Origin: an uncultured Bacteroides sp.
GTDB taxonomy: Bacteria; Bacteroidota; Bacteroidia; Bacteroidales; Bacteroidaceae
NCBI GenBank assembly: GCA_944321465.1
Contig: CALULL010000004.1
Location: 21,451 to 85,450, forward strand
Direction: 5' to 3'
Length of the DNA stretch: 64,000 bases
Shown: in pieces, positions 1-9,624 of the stretch
Position numbering within the stretch: position 1 is the first letter of the stretch
Layout: every line of letters begins with the position of its first letter
Notes under the pieces: generated by a model
Databases searched by the model: none
Told to the model about the DNA's origin: nothing
The model's input: only the letters and a program-made list of their open reading frames with translations
Made by a program: the position numbers and the translations under genes

Positions 1-306
1 GCACGCAAACCCGTTCAATTACTTCCGTCCGTCGAGGGCACATGTACGAGCACTCAGTTCTCACACTTGTTCTCGGGCGGATACGCCGCAGGCTACTACA
101 GCTACAAATGGGCCGAAGTGCTGGATGCCGACGCATTCGCCCTGTTCAAGGAAGAAGGCATCTTCAACCCGGAAGTGGCAGCTTCGTTCCGAAAGAACAT
201 CCTCTCGATGGGCGGCACCGAACACCCCATGACGCTCTACAGGCGTTTCCGGGGACAAGCACCCACCATCGACGCATTATTAACCAGAAACGGAATCAAG
301 CAATGA
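1..306 (+). CDS. M3 family metallopeptidase (peptidyl-dipeptidase Dcp / oligopeptidase A-like), C-terminal fragment; the 5' end lies outside the window
   Basis: Frame 1 is open from nt 1. The tail QFSHLFSGGYAAGYYSYKWAEVLDADAF...FRKNILSMGG...YRRFRG matches the conserved C-terminus of the Dcp/M3 family. Confidence 0.85.
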   Translation, partial: ARKPVQLLPSVEGTCTSTQFSHLFSGGYAAGYYSYKWAEVLDADAFALFKEEGIFNPEVAASFRKNILSMGGTEHPMTLYRRFRGQAPTIDALLTRNGIKQ

Positions 307-812
307 AACCAAGACTACTACACGCATCCATCCTGCTCCTTTTCCTGCCGTTCCTCCTGGTTGCCTGCAACACCGAAGACGACGTAATGGAAATCTTCAC
401 CGGTCGGACATGGAAGTTGGTACGCATCACCGACGAAAGTTCTCAGAACCAGTTCGATTTTTGGAACGGCGACGAGGCAGCACAGCAGAACAGCCTGGAA
501 GGGCTCAGACAGGAAAACAACTACACGCTCACGTTCGAGGCTGCCGACACTGGCAACACCACGCCCGGAGGTTCCTTCAACGGACGGGGCGTGCGGGCAA
601 CCGTAGAAGGCAGCTGGAGAGCCGATGGCAACAGCCGCTCCATGAGCATTTCCGTGTCGCGCATCATTGGTTCGGAGAGCGACATACTGGCCCGTTCGTT
701 CATCAACGGCCTGCGTAACGCCACACGCTACGAGGGCGACAACAACAACCTTTTCATTTACTACACCGACGGGCAGACGACCAAACGGCTGTGTCTGACC
801 GCCATCAACTGA
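303..812 (+). CDS. small secreted lipoprotein (DUF4847-like)
   Basis: The ATG at 303 overlaps the upstream stop (ATGA). Signal peptide plus lipobox MKPRLLHASILLLFLPFLLVAC. The family name comes from memory of Bacteroidales lipoproteins with an IFTGRTWKL-type motif and is less certain than the CDS call. Confidence 0.7.
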   Translation: MKPRLLHASILLLFLPFLLVACNTEDDVMEIFTGRTWKLVRITDESSQNQFDFWNGDEAAQQNSLEGLRQENNYTLTFEAADTGNTTPGGSFNGRGVRATVEGSWRADGNSRSMSISVSRIIGSESDILARSFINGLRNATRYEGDNNNLFIYYTDGQTTKRLCLTAIN

Positions 813-862
813 CTAACCAAACTCTAAAGAGAATATACATCTCCGCAAAACCGTACAAAACT

Positions 863-1306
863 ATGGAGAATACCACTCATTCCAAACAAGACAACCTGGA
901 CAAACGCTACATACGCATGGCAAGTATTTGGGCCGAAAACTCCTACTGCCAACGGCGGAAGGTAGGTGCCCTTATCGTCAAAGACAAAATGATAATCTCC
1001 GACGGGTACAACGGAACCCCCTCGGGATTTGAGAACATCTGCGAAGACGGCAACAATCTTACCAAGCCCTACGTCCTCCATGCCGAAGCCAATGCCATTA
1101 CCAAAATAGCACGTTCAAACAACAGTAGCGACGGCGCGACGATGTACGTCACAGCCTCGCCATGCATAGAATGCGCGAAGCTCATCATTCAGGCCGGCAT
1201 CAAGCGCGTGGTCTATTCCGAAAAATACCGCTTGGAGGACGGACTTGACCTCCTGCGCAGAGCCGGCATCGAAGTGGTCTACCTGGAGCACGACAGCGGC
1301 CAATGA
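863..1306 (+). CDS. deoxycytidylate (dCMP) deaminase
   Basis: Zinc-binding motifs HAEANAI and PCIECAKLIIQAGIKRVVY. The ATG at 863 (MENTTH...) was chosen inside the longer track ORF 791..1306. Confidence 0.9.
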   Translation: MENTTHSKQDNLDKRYIRMASIWAENSYCQRRKVGALIVKDKMIISDGYNGTPSGFENICEDGNNLTKPYVLHAEANAITKIARSNNSSDGATMYVTASPCIECAKLIIQAGIKRVVYSEKYRLEDGLDLLRRAGIEVVYLEHDSGQ

Positions 1307-1441
1307 AAACTTACCCGGCATAGCCGGGGCACGGTCCCGGGAAAGGTCGCCCCTCTGCCGGGACACCAGGGCGCTGCCCCATGCTGGCACCACCGGACGC
1401 AGAAGTCGCAACCTACATCACCTGAAATCAAAGCGAACGAC

Positions 1442-3100
1442 ATGAATACAAAGAAATCTTACCACTTTATTCCCCTACTCGTAGCCGTCAGCGTAGTGCT
1501 GGGCATACTCATAGGGACATTCTACGCCAAGCACTATGGCGGCAACAAGCTGGGCATCGTCAATGGCTCTACAAACAAGCTGAACGCCCTGCTTCAGGTC
1601 ATCGACGACCAGTATGTCGATACCGTCAACATGTACGACCTGGTGGAGAACGCCATGCCGCAAATACTGGCCGAACTCGACCCTCATTCCGTCTACATAC
1701 CGGCCAAGGACCTGGAGGAGGTCAACTCCGAACTGGAAGGCAGCTTTACAGGAATAGGCGTACAGTTCACCATCCAAGAGGACACCATACATGTCAACAG
1801 CGTCATTGCCGGAGGCCCGGCCGAGAAAGTAGGCATCATGGCCGGAGACCGCATTGTGGCCGTAGGCGACAGCACGGTTGCCGGAAAGGGACTGACCAAC
1901 GAGCAAGTGATGCGCAACCTCAAAGGCCCCAAAGGCTCAAAGGTAAAGTTGGGCATAAAACGCGCTACCGAGAAGAAGCTGCTCGACTTTGTGGTGACCC
2001 GGGACGACATTCCGCAAAACACCATCAACGCGGCCTACATGCTCAACGAAGACTATGGCTACATTGAAATCAGCAAATTCGGACGCACCACGCACGTAGA
2101 GCTTCTCAACGCCATAGCCAAGCTGAACCACCAAGGCTGCAAAGGGCTTGTCATCGACCTGCGGGAGAACACCGGCGGATACCTCGAAGCCGCCGTCAAC
2201 ATGCTCAACGAGTTCCTGCCGGCAGGCAAGCTTATCGTCTATGCCGAAGGGCGGTGCTACCCGCGCACTGAGCAATACGCCAACGGAGCGGGCAGCTGCC
2301 AGACCACCCCGCTGGTCGTATTGGTCGACGAGGGCTCGGCATCGGCCAGCGAGATATTCGCCGGTGCCATCCAGGACAACGACCGGGGCACCATCATCGG
2401 CCGCCGCTCCTTCGGCAAAGGGCTGGTGCAGCAACCCATAGAGTTCAACGACGGATCGGCCATACGGCTTACCATCGCACGCTACTACACCCCCTCGGGC
2501 CGATGCATACAACGGCCTTATGAGAATGGAAAAGCTTCACAATATGAAATGGACTGGCTCAACCGCTACGAACACGGCGAGTACTTCAACGAAGACAGCA
2601 TCAAGCTGGACAAAAGCCTCCGCTACTCCACCAGCCTGGGACGACCCGTCTACGGAGGAGGAGGCATCATGCCCGACATCTTCGTGCCACAAGACACCGT
2701 AGGCTTCACCTCCTACCTGATAGAGGTCAACAGCAAGGGACTCATACAGCAATACTGCTTCCGCTATAGCGACACCAACCGGGCCGTCCTGAGCAAAATC
2801 ACCAACGAAGCCGACATGGCCGACTACCTGCACCGAGAAGGCATCGTAGAGCAGTTCATACGGTTTGCCGAGACCAAGGGGGTGAAACGCCGCAACCTGC
2901 TCATCAACAAGTCGCGCAAACTTCTGGAACAATACTTATGCAACAACATAATATACAACATCCTGGGCATGGAAGCACACATCCGCTACCTTAACAAAGG
3001 AGACGAGACGGTGCAGAAGGCACTCGAAGTGCTGGAGAAAGGCGAAGCCTTCCCTAAGCCCGAAGCCCAGCTGTCAATCACACAAAACAATCCTGTCTGA
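1442..3100 (+). CDS. S41 family carboxy-terminal processing peptidase
   Basis: N-terminal TM anchor, a PDZ-like segment (GIGVQF...VIAGGPAEKVGIMAGDRIVAV) and the S41 catalytic region (VVLVDEGSASASEIFAGA...GRRSFGKG). Confidence 0.9.
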   Translation: MNTKKSYHFIPLLVAVSVVLGILIGTFYAKHYGGNKLGIVNGSTNKLNALLQVIDDQYVDTVNMYDLVENAMPQILAELDPHSVYIPAKDLEEVNSELEGSFTGIGVQFTIQEDTIHVNSVIAGGPAEKVGIMAGDRIVAVGDSTVAGKGLTNEQVMRNLKGPKGSKVKLGIKRATEKKLLDFVVTRDDIPQNTINAAYMLNEDYGYIEISKFGRTTHVELLNAIAKLNHQGCKGLVIDLRENTGGYLEAAVNMLNEFLPAGKLIVYAEGRCYPRTEQYANGAGSCQTTPLVVLVDEGSASASEIFAGAIQDNDRGTIIGRRSFGKGLVQQPIEFNDGSAIRLTIARYYTPSGRCIQRPYENGKASQYEMDWLNRYEHGEYFNEDSIKLDKSLRYSTSLGRPVYGGGGIMPDIFVPQDTVGFTSYLIEVNSKGLIQQYCFRYSDTNRAVLSKITNEADMADYLHREGIVEQFIRFAETKGVKRRNLLINKSRKLLEQYLCNNIIYNILGMEAHIRYLNKGDETVQKALEVLEKGEAFPKPEAQLSITQNNPV

Positions 3101-3642
3101 TGGAAACAAAGAAAGAACTGCGGCGACGCATGTCCGCCCTCAAGCGTGCGTTGCCCGAGGATGAAGCCCGCCGCCTTTCGGCACGTATCATGGATGCCGT
3201 AGAAGCGTGTCCTGCCTTCGAGAAAGCAGACACTGTGCTGCTCTACTACTCGCTGCCCGACGAGGTGCACACACACGATTTTGTAAGCCGCTGGGGAAAC
3301 CGGAAACGCATCCTGCTGCCCGTGGTGATAGGAGACGACCTCGAACTGCGCCTCTACACCGGCAAGGACAGTCTGGCTCCCGGCCCCTTTGGCATAGACG
3401 AACCGCAGGGCGAACCTTTTGACGACTACGCCGCCATCGGGTTTGTCGGCGTGCCAGGCGTGGCCTTCAGCCACTCGGGTGCCCGCTTGGGGCGCGGAAA
3501 AGGCTTCTACGACCGCCTGCTGCCCAAGCTGACCAACGCCTACAAGGCAGGCATCTGCTATCCGTTCCAACTAATCAACGAAGTCCCTACAGAGGCTTTC
3601 GACATCTGCATGGACGAAATCATCACCGCAAACGAACAATGA
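3100..3642 (+). CDS. 5-formyltetrahydrofolate cyclo-ligase
   Basis: YYSLPDEV...GVPGVAFSHSGARLGRGKGFYDRLL signature. The start overlaps the upstream stop by 1 nt (TGATG). Confidence 0.85.
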   Translation: METKKELRRRMSALKRALPEDEARRLSARIMDAVEACPAFEKADTVLLYYSLPDEVHTHDFVSRWGNRKRILLPVVIGDDLELRLYTGKDSLAPGPFGIDEPQGEPFDDYAAIGFVGVPGVAFSHSGARLGRGKGFYDRLLPKLTNAYKAGICYPFQLINEVPTEAFDICMDEIITANEQ

Positions 3643-4433
3643 AGACGAACTATCACACCCACACCACGCGTTGCCACCACGCCACCGGCAGCGACGAGGA
3701 CTACGTCAAGAGCGCCATCAAAGGCGGATTGCATACCTTGGGATTTTCGGACCACACGCCGTGGCACTACCGCACCGACTATGTGGCCCACATGCGCATG
3801 TTGCCGGCCGACCTGCCCGACTATGTGGAAAGCCTGAGAGATCTGCGCGGAAAATACAAGGACCAGATAGACATCAAGATAGGACTGGAGTGCGAGTACT
3901 TCCCCAACTACCTGCCCTGGCTCAAGGAGCAGGTTGCCGAGTACGGGCTGGACTACCTCATCTTTGGCAACCACTTCTACCACACGGACGAGACATTCCC
4001 CTACTTCGGCTCGCACACCGACAGCCGGGACATGCTCGACCTCTACGAGGAAAGTGCCATCGAGGGAATGGAGACGGGGCTTTTCTGCTGCTTGGCACAC
4101 CCCGACCTGTTCATGCGCTCCTATCCCCGGTTCGACCACCACTGCACCACCATCAGCCGCCACATCTGCCGGGCCGCCGCACGGCTCAACATCCCCTTGG
4201 AGTACAACCTCAACTACATGGCCTTCTGCGACCTGAAGGGGCTTGCCCCCTACCCTTGCCCCGAGTTCTGGCACATTGCCACCAACGAGGGTTGCACGGC
4301 CATCATCGGCTACGATGCCCACGACAATGCCGACTTTGAGACGGCCGTCTACTACAACCGGGCACTCGAAGAGCTGAAGCTGCTGGGCATCCGAACGACC
4401 GACACCTTGCCCATGCGCAACAACGCAAAATAA
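3639..4433 (+). CDS. histidinol-phosphatase-like PHP family hydrolase (HisJ family)
   Basis: N-terminal metal-binding motif NYHTHTTRCHHA...GFSDH. ATGA overlap with the upstream gene. Confidence 0.8.
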   Translation: MKTNYHTHTTRCHHATGSDEDYVKSAIKGGLHTLGFSDHTPWHYRTDYVAHMRMLPADLPDYVESLRDLRGKYKDQIDIKIGLECEYFPNYLPWLKEQVAEYGLDYLIFGNHFYHTDETFPYFGSHTDSRDMLDLYEESAIEGMETGLFCCLAHPDLFMRSYPRFDHHCTTISRHICRAAARLNIPLEYNLNYMAFCDLKGLAPYPCPEFWHIATNEGCTAIIGYDAHDNADFETAVYYNRALEELKLLGIRTTDTLPMRNNAK

Positions 4434-4440
4434 TCCCCCG

Positions 4441-4532
4441 CCGGGAGCATACCTCTGCCCGCCCGGGAGCACAGGCAAGCCCCCGGACAGGCAAAGGAGC
4501 ATTCCCGCGCGGGCAAAGGTATCCCCTCTGCC
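4441..4532. repeat. GC-rich intergenic array of ~22-23 nt degenerate units (GGGAGCAYACCTSTGCCCG / CGGGCAAAGGT-type)
   Basis: Read directly. Successive units begin near 4441, 4462, 4483 and 4506. The last unit, CGGGCAAAGGTATCCCCTCTGCC, resembles CGGGAAAGGTCGCCCCTCTGCC near 1350. Confidence 0.5.
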
Positions 4533-4644
4533 ACCCAGCGGACACCACCGGCACAGCCCGGAGGCAGGCTTCGGCCCAAAACAGGGACGATGCGACACAA
4601 GCAGCTGTATATCAACGAAAGCACAAACTATAAACCGACAAGAC

Positions 4645-5175
4645 ATGATAGAAAACGAACGGACAACCCGCCATGAGCACGTCCTGGCCGCAGCAAGGCA
4701 ACTGATGACCGCCGCCCGGACCGCCCCCAAGGGCAAAGGCATAGACGTGATAGAAATCGCAACAGTCGCAAGCGACGACCTGGAAAGACTCTCGCAGAAG
4801 ATGAGGGAAATAGGCCGGGAGAAACAGATGAACTTCTTCCTGCGCGATGCCGACAACATACAACAGGCCGAGTGTGCCATCATAGTAGGCACGCGCGAGC
4901 AGGCACAGGGACTGGACTGCGGCCATTGCGGCTTTCACGCCTGCGCCGCCCGCCTTGCCGGCGTGCCGTGCGCCCTCAACACGGTGGACGTAGGCATCGC
5001 AGTAGGCTCGCTGTGCGCAACGGCTGCCGACCTGCGCCTCGACACCCGTGTCATGTTCTCGGCCGGACTTGCCGCCCAGCAGCTGCAGTGGTTGCCCGGC
5101 TGCCACACCGTGCTGGCCATCGCCGTCAGCGCTTCGTCGAAAAACCCGTTCTTCGACCGCAAGCCCCGGCAATGA
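4645..5175 (+). CDS. DUF2148 domain protein (ferredoxin-like, CxxCG motif)
   Basis: 176-aa ORF with ...APKGKGIDVIEIATV... and a GLDCGHCGF cysteine motif, as I remember it for DUF2148 proteins. Confidence 0.65.
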   Translation: MIENERTTRHEHVLAAARQLMTAARTAPKGKGIDVIEIATVASDDLERLSQKMREIGREKQMNFFLRDADNIQQAECAIIVGTREQAQGLDCGHCGFHACAARLAGVPCALNTVDVGIAVGSLCATAADLRLDTRVMFSAGLAAQQLQWLPGCHTVLAIAVSASSKNPFFDRKPRQ

Positions 5176-5221
5176 CACCGTAGCCCACCCCATCGCACAA
5201 CGACACACAACACCGAACGAC

Positions 5222-6337
5222 ATGGAATACATCATAGGACATCCCCTGAAAGCAAACCAGAGAGAAGACACCTCCGTGAGCCTCGAACGAGGCTACTTCT
5301 GCCAGGAAGAGGTACGCAACGACCGCCTGCCTGCCGAGTGGGAACGCCAGAGCGGCATACAGCTCACGTGGCCACACCCGGCAACAGACTGGGCCTATAT
5401 GCTCGAAGAAGTGCAGCACTGCTTCGCCGAGATAGCCGCAGCCATCAGCCAGCGGGAGCTGCTGCTGGTCGTCACCCCCGACCCCGAGGACGTGAGGCGG
5501 CAGATAGCCCCAACGTCGCGAATGGAAAACATACGCTTCCTGCAATGCGACACCAACGACACCTGGGCACGCGACCACGGTGCCATTACGCTGCTCGGCA
5601 CGGAAGGTGCCACGCTGATGGACTTCACCTTCAACGGCTGGGGACTGAAGTTTGCCGCCGACAAAGACAACCTCATCACGCGGCACGCCTTCCGGGCCGG
5701 GATGCTGCAAGGCCGGTATGCCAACCGCCTTGGCTTCGTCCTAGAGGGCGGCTCCATCGAGAGCGACGGCAAGGGAACACTGCTCACCACATCGCAATGC
5801 CTGTTGTCGCCCAACCGGAACGGCCAGATGAATAAGGCCGAGATTGAGACATATCTGCGCTCGGCCTTCCATGCCAGGCAAGTGCTGTGGCTGGACCACG
5901 GCTATCTGGCCGGAGACGACACGGACAGCCACATCGACACCCTGGCCCGCCTCTGCCCGGCAGACACCATCGCATACGTGCAGTGCACCGACCCCAAGGA
6001 CGAGCACCACGATGCCCTGGCCCGCATGGAGGAGCAACTGCGGACCTTCCGCACGCTGACCGAAGAACCTTATCGGCTGCTGCCGCTCCCGCTGCCTGCC
6101 CCCATCGTGGAAGACGGCGAACGGCTCCCGGCCACCTATGCCAACTTCCTGGTAATGAACGACGCGCTGCTCTATCCCACCTACAACCAGCCCGACAACG
6201 ATGCCCGGGCCAGAGAAGTTCTGGCCCAAGCCTTCCCCAAACACGAGCTTGTAGGCATAGACTGCCGGGCACTCATCAGGCAACACGGCTCGCTGCACTG
6301 CGTCACCATGCAGTACCCGGCGGGGGTATTGAAGTAA
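5222..6337 (+). CDS. aguA: agmatine deiminase
   Basis: LPAEWERQSGIQLTWPH, NDTWARDHG, TDSHIDTLAR and a C-terminal GSLHCVTMQ catalytic Cys. The ATG at 5222 was chosen inside track ORF 5048..6337. Confidence 0.9.
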   Translation: MEYIIGHPLKANQREDTSVSLERGYFCQEEVRNDRLPAEWERQSGIQLTWPHPATDWAYMLEEVQHCFAEIAAAISQRELLLVVTPDPEDVRRQIAPTSRMENIRFLQCDTNDTWARDHGAITLLGTEGATLMDFTFNGWGLKFAADKDNLITRHAFRAGMLQGRYANRLGFVLEGGSIESDGKGTLLTTSQCLLSPNRNGQMNKAEIETYLRSAFHARQVLWLDHGYLAGDDTDSHIDTLARLCPADTIAYVQCTDPKDEHHDALARMEEQLRTFRTLTEEPYRLLPLPLPAPIVEDGERLPATYANFLVMNDALLYPTYNQPDNDARAREVLAQAFPKHELVGIDCRALIRQHGSLHCVTMQYPAGVLK

Positions 6338-6388
6338 ACGCCCAAACCCACAACCGACACATACACACAGAAACATGACATCCTGCTT

Positions 6389-7279
6389 ATGAAGAGACTG
6401 AAAGTAGGGCTTGTACAACAAGCCAACACACCCGACTTGCAGACCAACCTGCAACACCTCACCAACAGCATAGAAGCCTGTGCCGCCCACGGCGCACAAC
6501 TCGTAGTGCTGCAAGAACTGCACAACACGCTGTACTTCTGCCAAACCGAGGACACGCGGCTGTTCGACCTGGCCGAACCCATCCCCGGCCCTTCGACAAA
6601 CTATTACGCCCGGGTGGCTGCGGCCAACGGCATTGTGCTCGTCACCTCGCTGTTCGAGAGGCGCGCACCGGGCCTGTACCACAACACAGCCGTGGTCTTC
6701 GAGCGCGACGGAAGCATCGCCGGTTGCTACCGCAAGATGCACATCCCCGACGACCCGGCCTATTACGAGAAGTTCTACTTCACGCCGGGAGACTTGGGTT
6801 TCAAGCCAATAGAGACCTCCGTAGGCCGCCTCGGCGTACTGGTGTGCTGGGATCAGTGGTATCCCGAAGCAGCCCGCCTCATGGCATTGCGCGGAGCCGA
6901 AATCCTCATCTATCCCACAGCCATCGGCTGGGAAAGCAGCGACACAGAAGACGAGCAGCGCCGCCAGCTCAACGCCTGGACAATCGCCCAGCGTGCACAC
7001 GCCGTGTCCAACGGGCTTCCGGTAGTCTCCGTCAACCGCGTAGGCCACGAACCCGACCCCTCGGGACAAACCAACGGCATCCTGTTCTGGGGAAACAGCT
7101 TCGTGGCCGGCCCGCAAGGCGAACTGCTGGCACAGGCATCCAACGACCGCCCCGAAAACATCGTTGTCGAAATCGACATGGAACGTTCTGAAAACGTCAG
7201 ACGCTGGTGGCCTTTCTTGCGAGACCGCCGCATCGATGCCTACGACGGGCTGTCACAACGTTTTCTCGACAGAGAATAA
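6389..7279 (+). CDS. aguB: N-carbamoylputrescine amidase (carbon-nitrogen hydrolase family)
   Basis: Nitrilase-superfamily E-K-C triad context (VLQELHNT, YRKMHIPD, VLVCWDQWYPE). It lies directly downstream of aguA. Confidence 0.88.
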   Translation: MKRLKVGLVQQANTPDLQTNLQHLTNSIEACAAHGAQLVVLQELHNTLYFCQTEDTRLFDLAEPIPGPSTNYYARVAAANGIVLVTSLFERRAPGLYHNTAVVFERDGSIAGCYRKMHIPDDPAYYEKFYFTPGDLGFKPIETSVGRLGVLVCWDQWYPEAARLMALRGAEILIYPTAIGWESSDTEDEQRRQLNAWTIAQRAHAVSNGLPVVSVNRVGHEPDPSGQTNGILFWGNSFVAGPQGELLAQASNDRPENIVVEIDMERSENVRRWWPFLRDRRIDAYDGLSQRFLDRE

Positions 7280-7301
7280 GCGTCTATAAACCAAGAAGCA
7301 A

Positions 7302-7347
7302 CGGAAGGAGGTACATGGCATTCTGCAAAATGCGACACCTCCTTCCG
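7302..7347 (+). terminator. hairpin downstream of aguB (11-bp perfect stem, 24-nt loop)
   Basis: CGGAAGGAGGT (7302-7312) pairs with ACCTCCTTCCG (7337-7347). There is no U-tract, which is common for Bacteroidetes terminators. Confidence 0.45.
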
Positions 7348-7418
7348 GCACTTGGAACACGGTGGAAAAAACGTTAACATTTACGTGCGTCTCGCAAAAA
7401 AGTCCGATATTTGCAGGC

Positions 7419-8072
7419 ATGATTCAAATAGAGACCATACTAAACATACTATGGAAAGGCTTGCTGATAGGCATCGTAGTGTCGGCACCTTTGGGCCCGG
7501 TAGGCGTGCTGTGCATACAACGGACACTGAATAAAGGCCGGTGGTATGGTTTCGTGACTGGTATCGGGGCGGCACTGAGCGACATCATCTATGCGCTCAT
7601 CACAGGATACGGCATGAGCTTTGTCTTTGACTACGTGAACAAGAACCTGTTCTACCTGCAACTCTTCGGAAGCGTATTGCTCTTGGCCTTCGGCATATAC
7701 ACATTCCGCAGCAACCCCGTCCGCGCCCTGCGTCCGGTCTCGGCCAACAAGGGAACCTATCTCCACAACTTCTTGACGGCATTCTTCGTCACACTGTCCA
7801 ATCCCCTCATTATTTTCCTGTTCATCGGCTTGTTCGCACGGTTTGCTTTCGTAGGGCAAGGCGTACTGATGTTCGAAGCAGCTACAGGCTACATAGCCAT
7901 CCTGACCGGGGCTTTGGCATGGTGGTTCAGCATAACCTACTTTGTCAACAAGGTAAGAGCACGTTTCAACCTGCGGGGCATCTGGATGCTGAACCGCGTC
8001 ATCGGCAGCATTGTCGTCGTAGTTTCCCTAATCGGAATGGCATACACCCTTATGGGAGAATCCCTCTATTAA
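7419..8072 (+). CDS. LysE/RhtB family amino-acid efflux translocator
   Basis: Polytopic membrane protein with N-terminal LLIGIVVSAPLGPVGVLCIQRTL and SNPLIIFLFIGLF motifs. ATG at 7419. Confidence 0.8.
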   Translation: MIQIETILNILWKGLLIGIVVSAPLGPVGVLCIQRTLNKGRWYGFVTGIGAALSDIIYALITGYGMSFVFDYVNKNLFYLQLFGSVLLLAFGIYTFRSNPVRALRPVSANKGTYLHNFLTAFFVTLSNPLIIFLFIGLFARFAFVGQGVLMFEAATGYIAILTGALAWWFSITYFVNKVRARFNLRGIWMLNRVIGSIVVVVSLIGMAYTLMGESLY

Positions 8073-8085
8073 AACATAGAGCCTT

Positions 8086-8622
8086 ATGAACATAGCTAAG
8101 CAACTCAGGAATAAGAACATTGCGGAATACCTGCTATACATGTGGCAGACAGAAGACATCCTGCGGGCCAACCACTGCGACATCGACCAGCTACGGAAAA
8201 ACGTCATCGCACAGTTTCCCGCGTCCGAACAGCCGGAACTGGAACGGTGGTACGACGACTTGGCCAACATGATGCGTGCCGAAGGAACGACCGAACACGG
8301 GCACCTGCAAATAAACCGCAACGTAATCCTCGAACTGGACGAACTGCATGCCCGCCTATTGTCGTCCACCAAGTTTCCCTTCTACAATGCCGCCTACTTC
8401 AAAGCTCTTCCCTTCATCGTAGAGCTGCGGCACAAGAACGGCGGCAAGGAAGAGAACGAACTGGAGACCTGTTTTGAAGCTCTCTACGGGCTGTTGCTTC
8501 TACGGCTGCAAAAGAAAACGGTCAGCCCAGAGACAGCCACAGCCCTGAACTCTATAAGCAAGTTCATCGCTATGCTGGCCGCCTACTACGAACAGGACAG
8601 GCAGGGAGAACTCGAACTATGA
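8086..8622 (+). CDS. DUF4924 family protein
   Basis: The N-terminus NIAEYLLYMWQTEDILRA is the hallmark I recall for the Bacteroidales DUF4924 family. Confidence 0.6.
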   Translation: MNIAKQLRNKNIAEYLLYMWQTEDILRANHCDIDQLRKNVIAQFPASEQPELERWYDDLANMMRAEGTTEHGHLQINRNVILELDELHARLLSSTKFPFYNAAYFKALPFIVELRHKNGGKEENELETCFEALYGLLLLRLQKKTVSPETATALNSISKFIAMLAAYYEQDRQGELEL

Positions 8623-8659
8623 CTCAACAACAACAATCCCATACATACCTCTTAGTATT

Positions 8660-9514
8660 ATGAAGCTACTAATAACCGGAGCCAATGGACAACTTGGCAA
8701 TGAGATGCGGGTCCTGGCTGCCCAACATCCCCAACACACTTATATCTTCACCGATGTGCAGGAGCTTGACATCTGCGACCAACAGGGCGTAGACCACTTC
8801 GTTGCCCAGCACAGGCCCGATGTCATCGTGAACTGTGCAGCCTATACCGCTGTGGACAAAGCGGAAGACAACACCGAGTTGTGCGACCGCCTCAACCACC
8901 TGGCTCCCGCCTATCTGGCCGAAGCGGCACAAGCACACGGAGCCGCGCTCATACACATTTCCACAGACTATGTGTTCGACGGCACCGCCCACATCCCCTA
9001 CACCGAGGATACCCGCCCCTGCCCCAACTCGGTCTATGGCCGTACCAAGCTGGCAGGCGAGCAAGAAGTCTTGGCACATTGCACCCGCTCCATGATTATC
9101 CGCACGGCCTGGCTTTACTCCGAGTTCGGCAACAACTTCGTAAAGACCATGCTCCGCCTGGGACAGGAGCGCGAGACACTGGGCGTAGTCTTCGACCAGA
9201 TAGGCACACCTACCTACGCTGCCGACCTGGCCTCTGCCATCTATGCAGCCATAGAGCACGGCATTGTTCCGGGTGTCTACCACTTCAGCAACGAAGGTGT
9301 GTGCTCGTGGTACGACTTCACCATAGCCATCCACCGCCTTGCCCGCATCGACAGCTGCAAAGTAAGTCCACTGCACACGGACGAGTATCCGGCCAAGGCA
9401 CCACGCCCGCACTATTCTGTGCTCGACAAGACAAAGATAAAGCAGACCTACGGCATCGACATCCCCCACTGGGAAGCCAGCCTTGCCAAATGCCTGACAC
9501 GCATGGAAGCCTGA
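8660..9514 (+). CDS. rfbD: dTDP-4-dehydrorhamnose reductase
   Basis: Rossmann motif LITGANGQLG, then NCAAYTAVDKAE, STDYVFDG and YGRTKLAGE. Confidence 0.9.
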   Translation: MKLLITGANGQLGNEMRVLAAQHPQHTYIFTDVQELDICDQQGVDHFVAQHRPDVIVNCAAYTAVDKAEDNTELCDRLNHLAPAYLAEAAQAHGAALIHISTDYVFDGTAHIPYTEDTRPCPNSVYGRTKLAGEQEVLAHCTRSMIIRTAWLYSEFGNNFVKTMLRLGQERETLGVVFDQIGTPTYAADLASAIYAAIEHGIVPGVYHFSNEGVCSWYDFTIAIHRLARIDSCKVSPLHTDEYPAKAPRPHYSVLDKTKIKQTYGIDIPHWEASLAKCLTRMEA

Positions 9515-9624
9515 ATGCCGTTGCCGCATAAGGACATACTCCCGGGACAACGCACAGCAACGGTCCAAGCCGAAAGGCCGACCCTAAGAGTGCACCACAG
9601 CCTACTAACCCTTAAACCAGCACA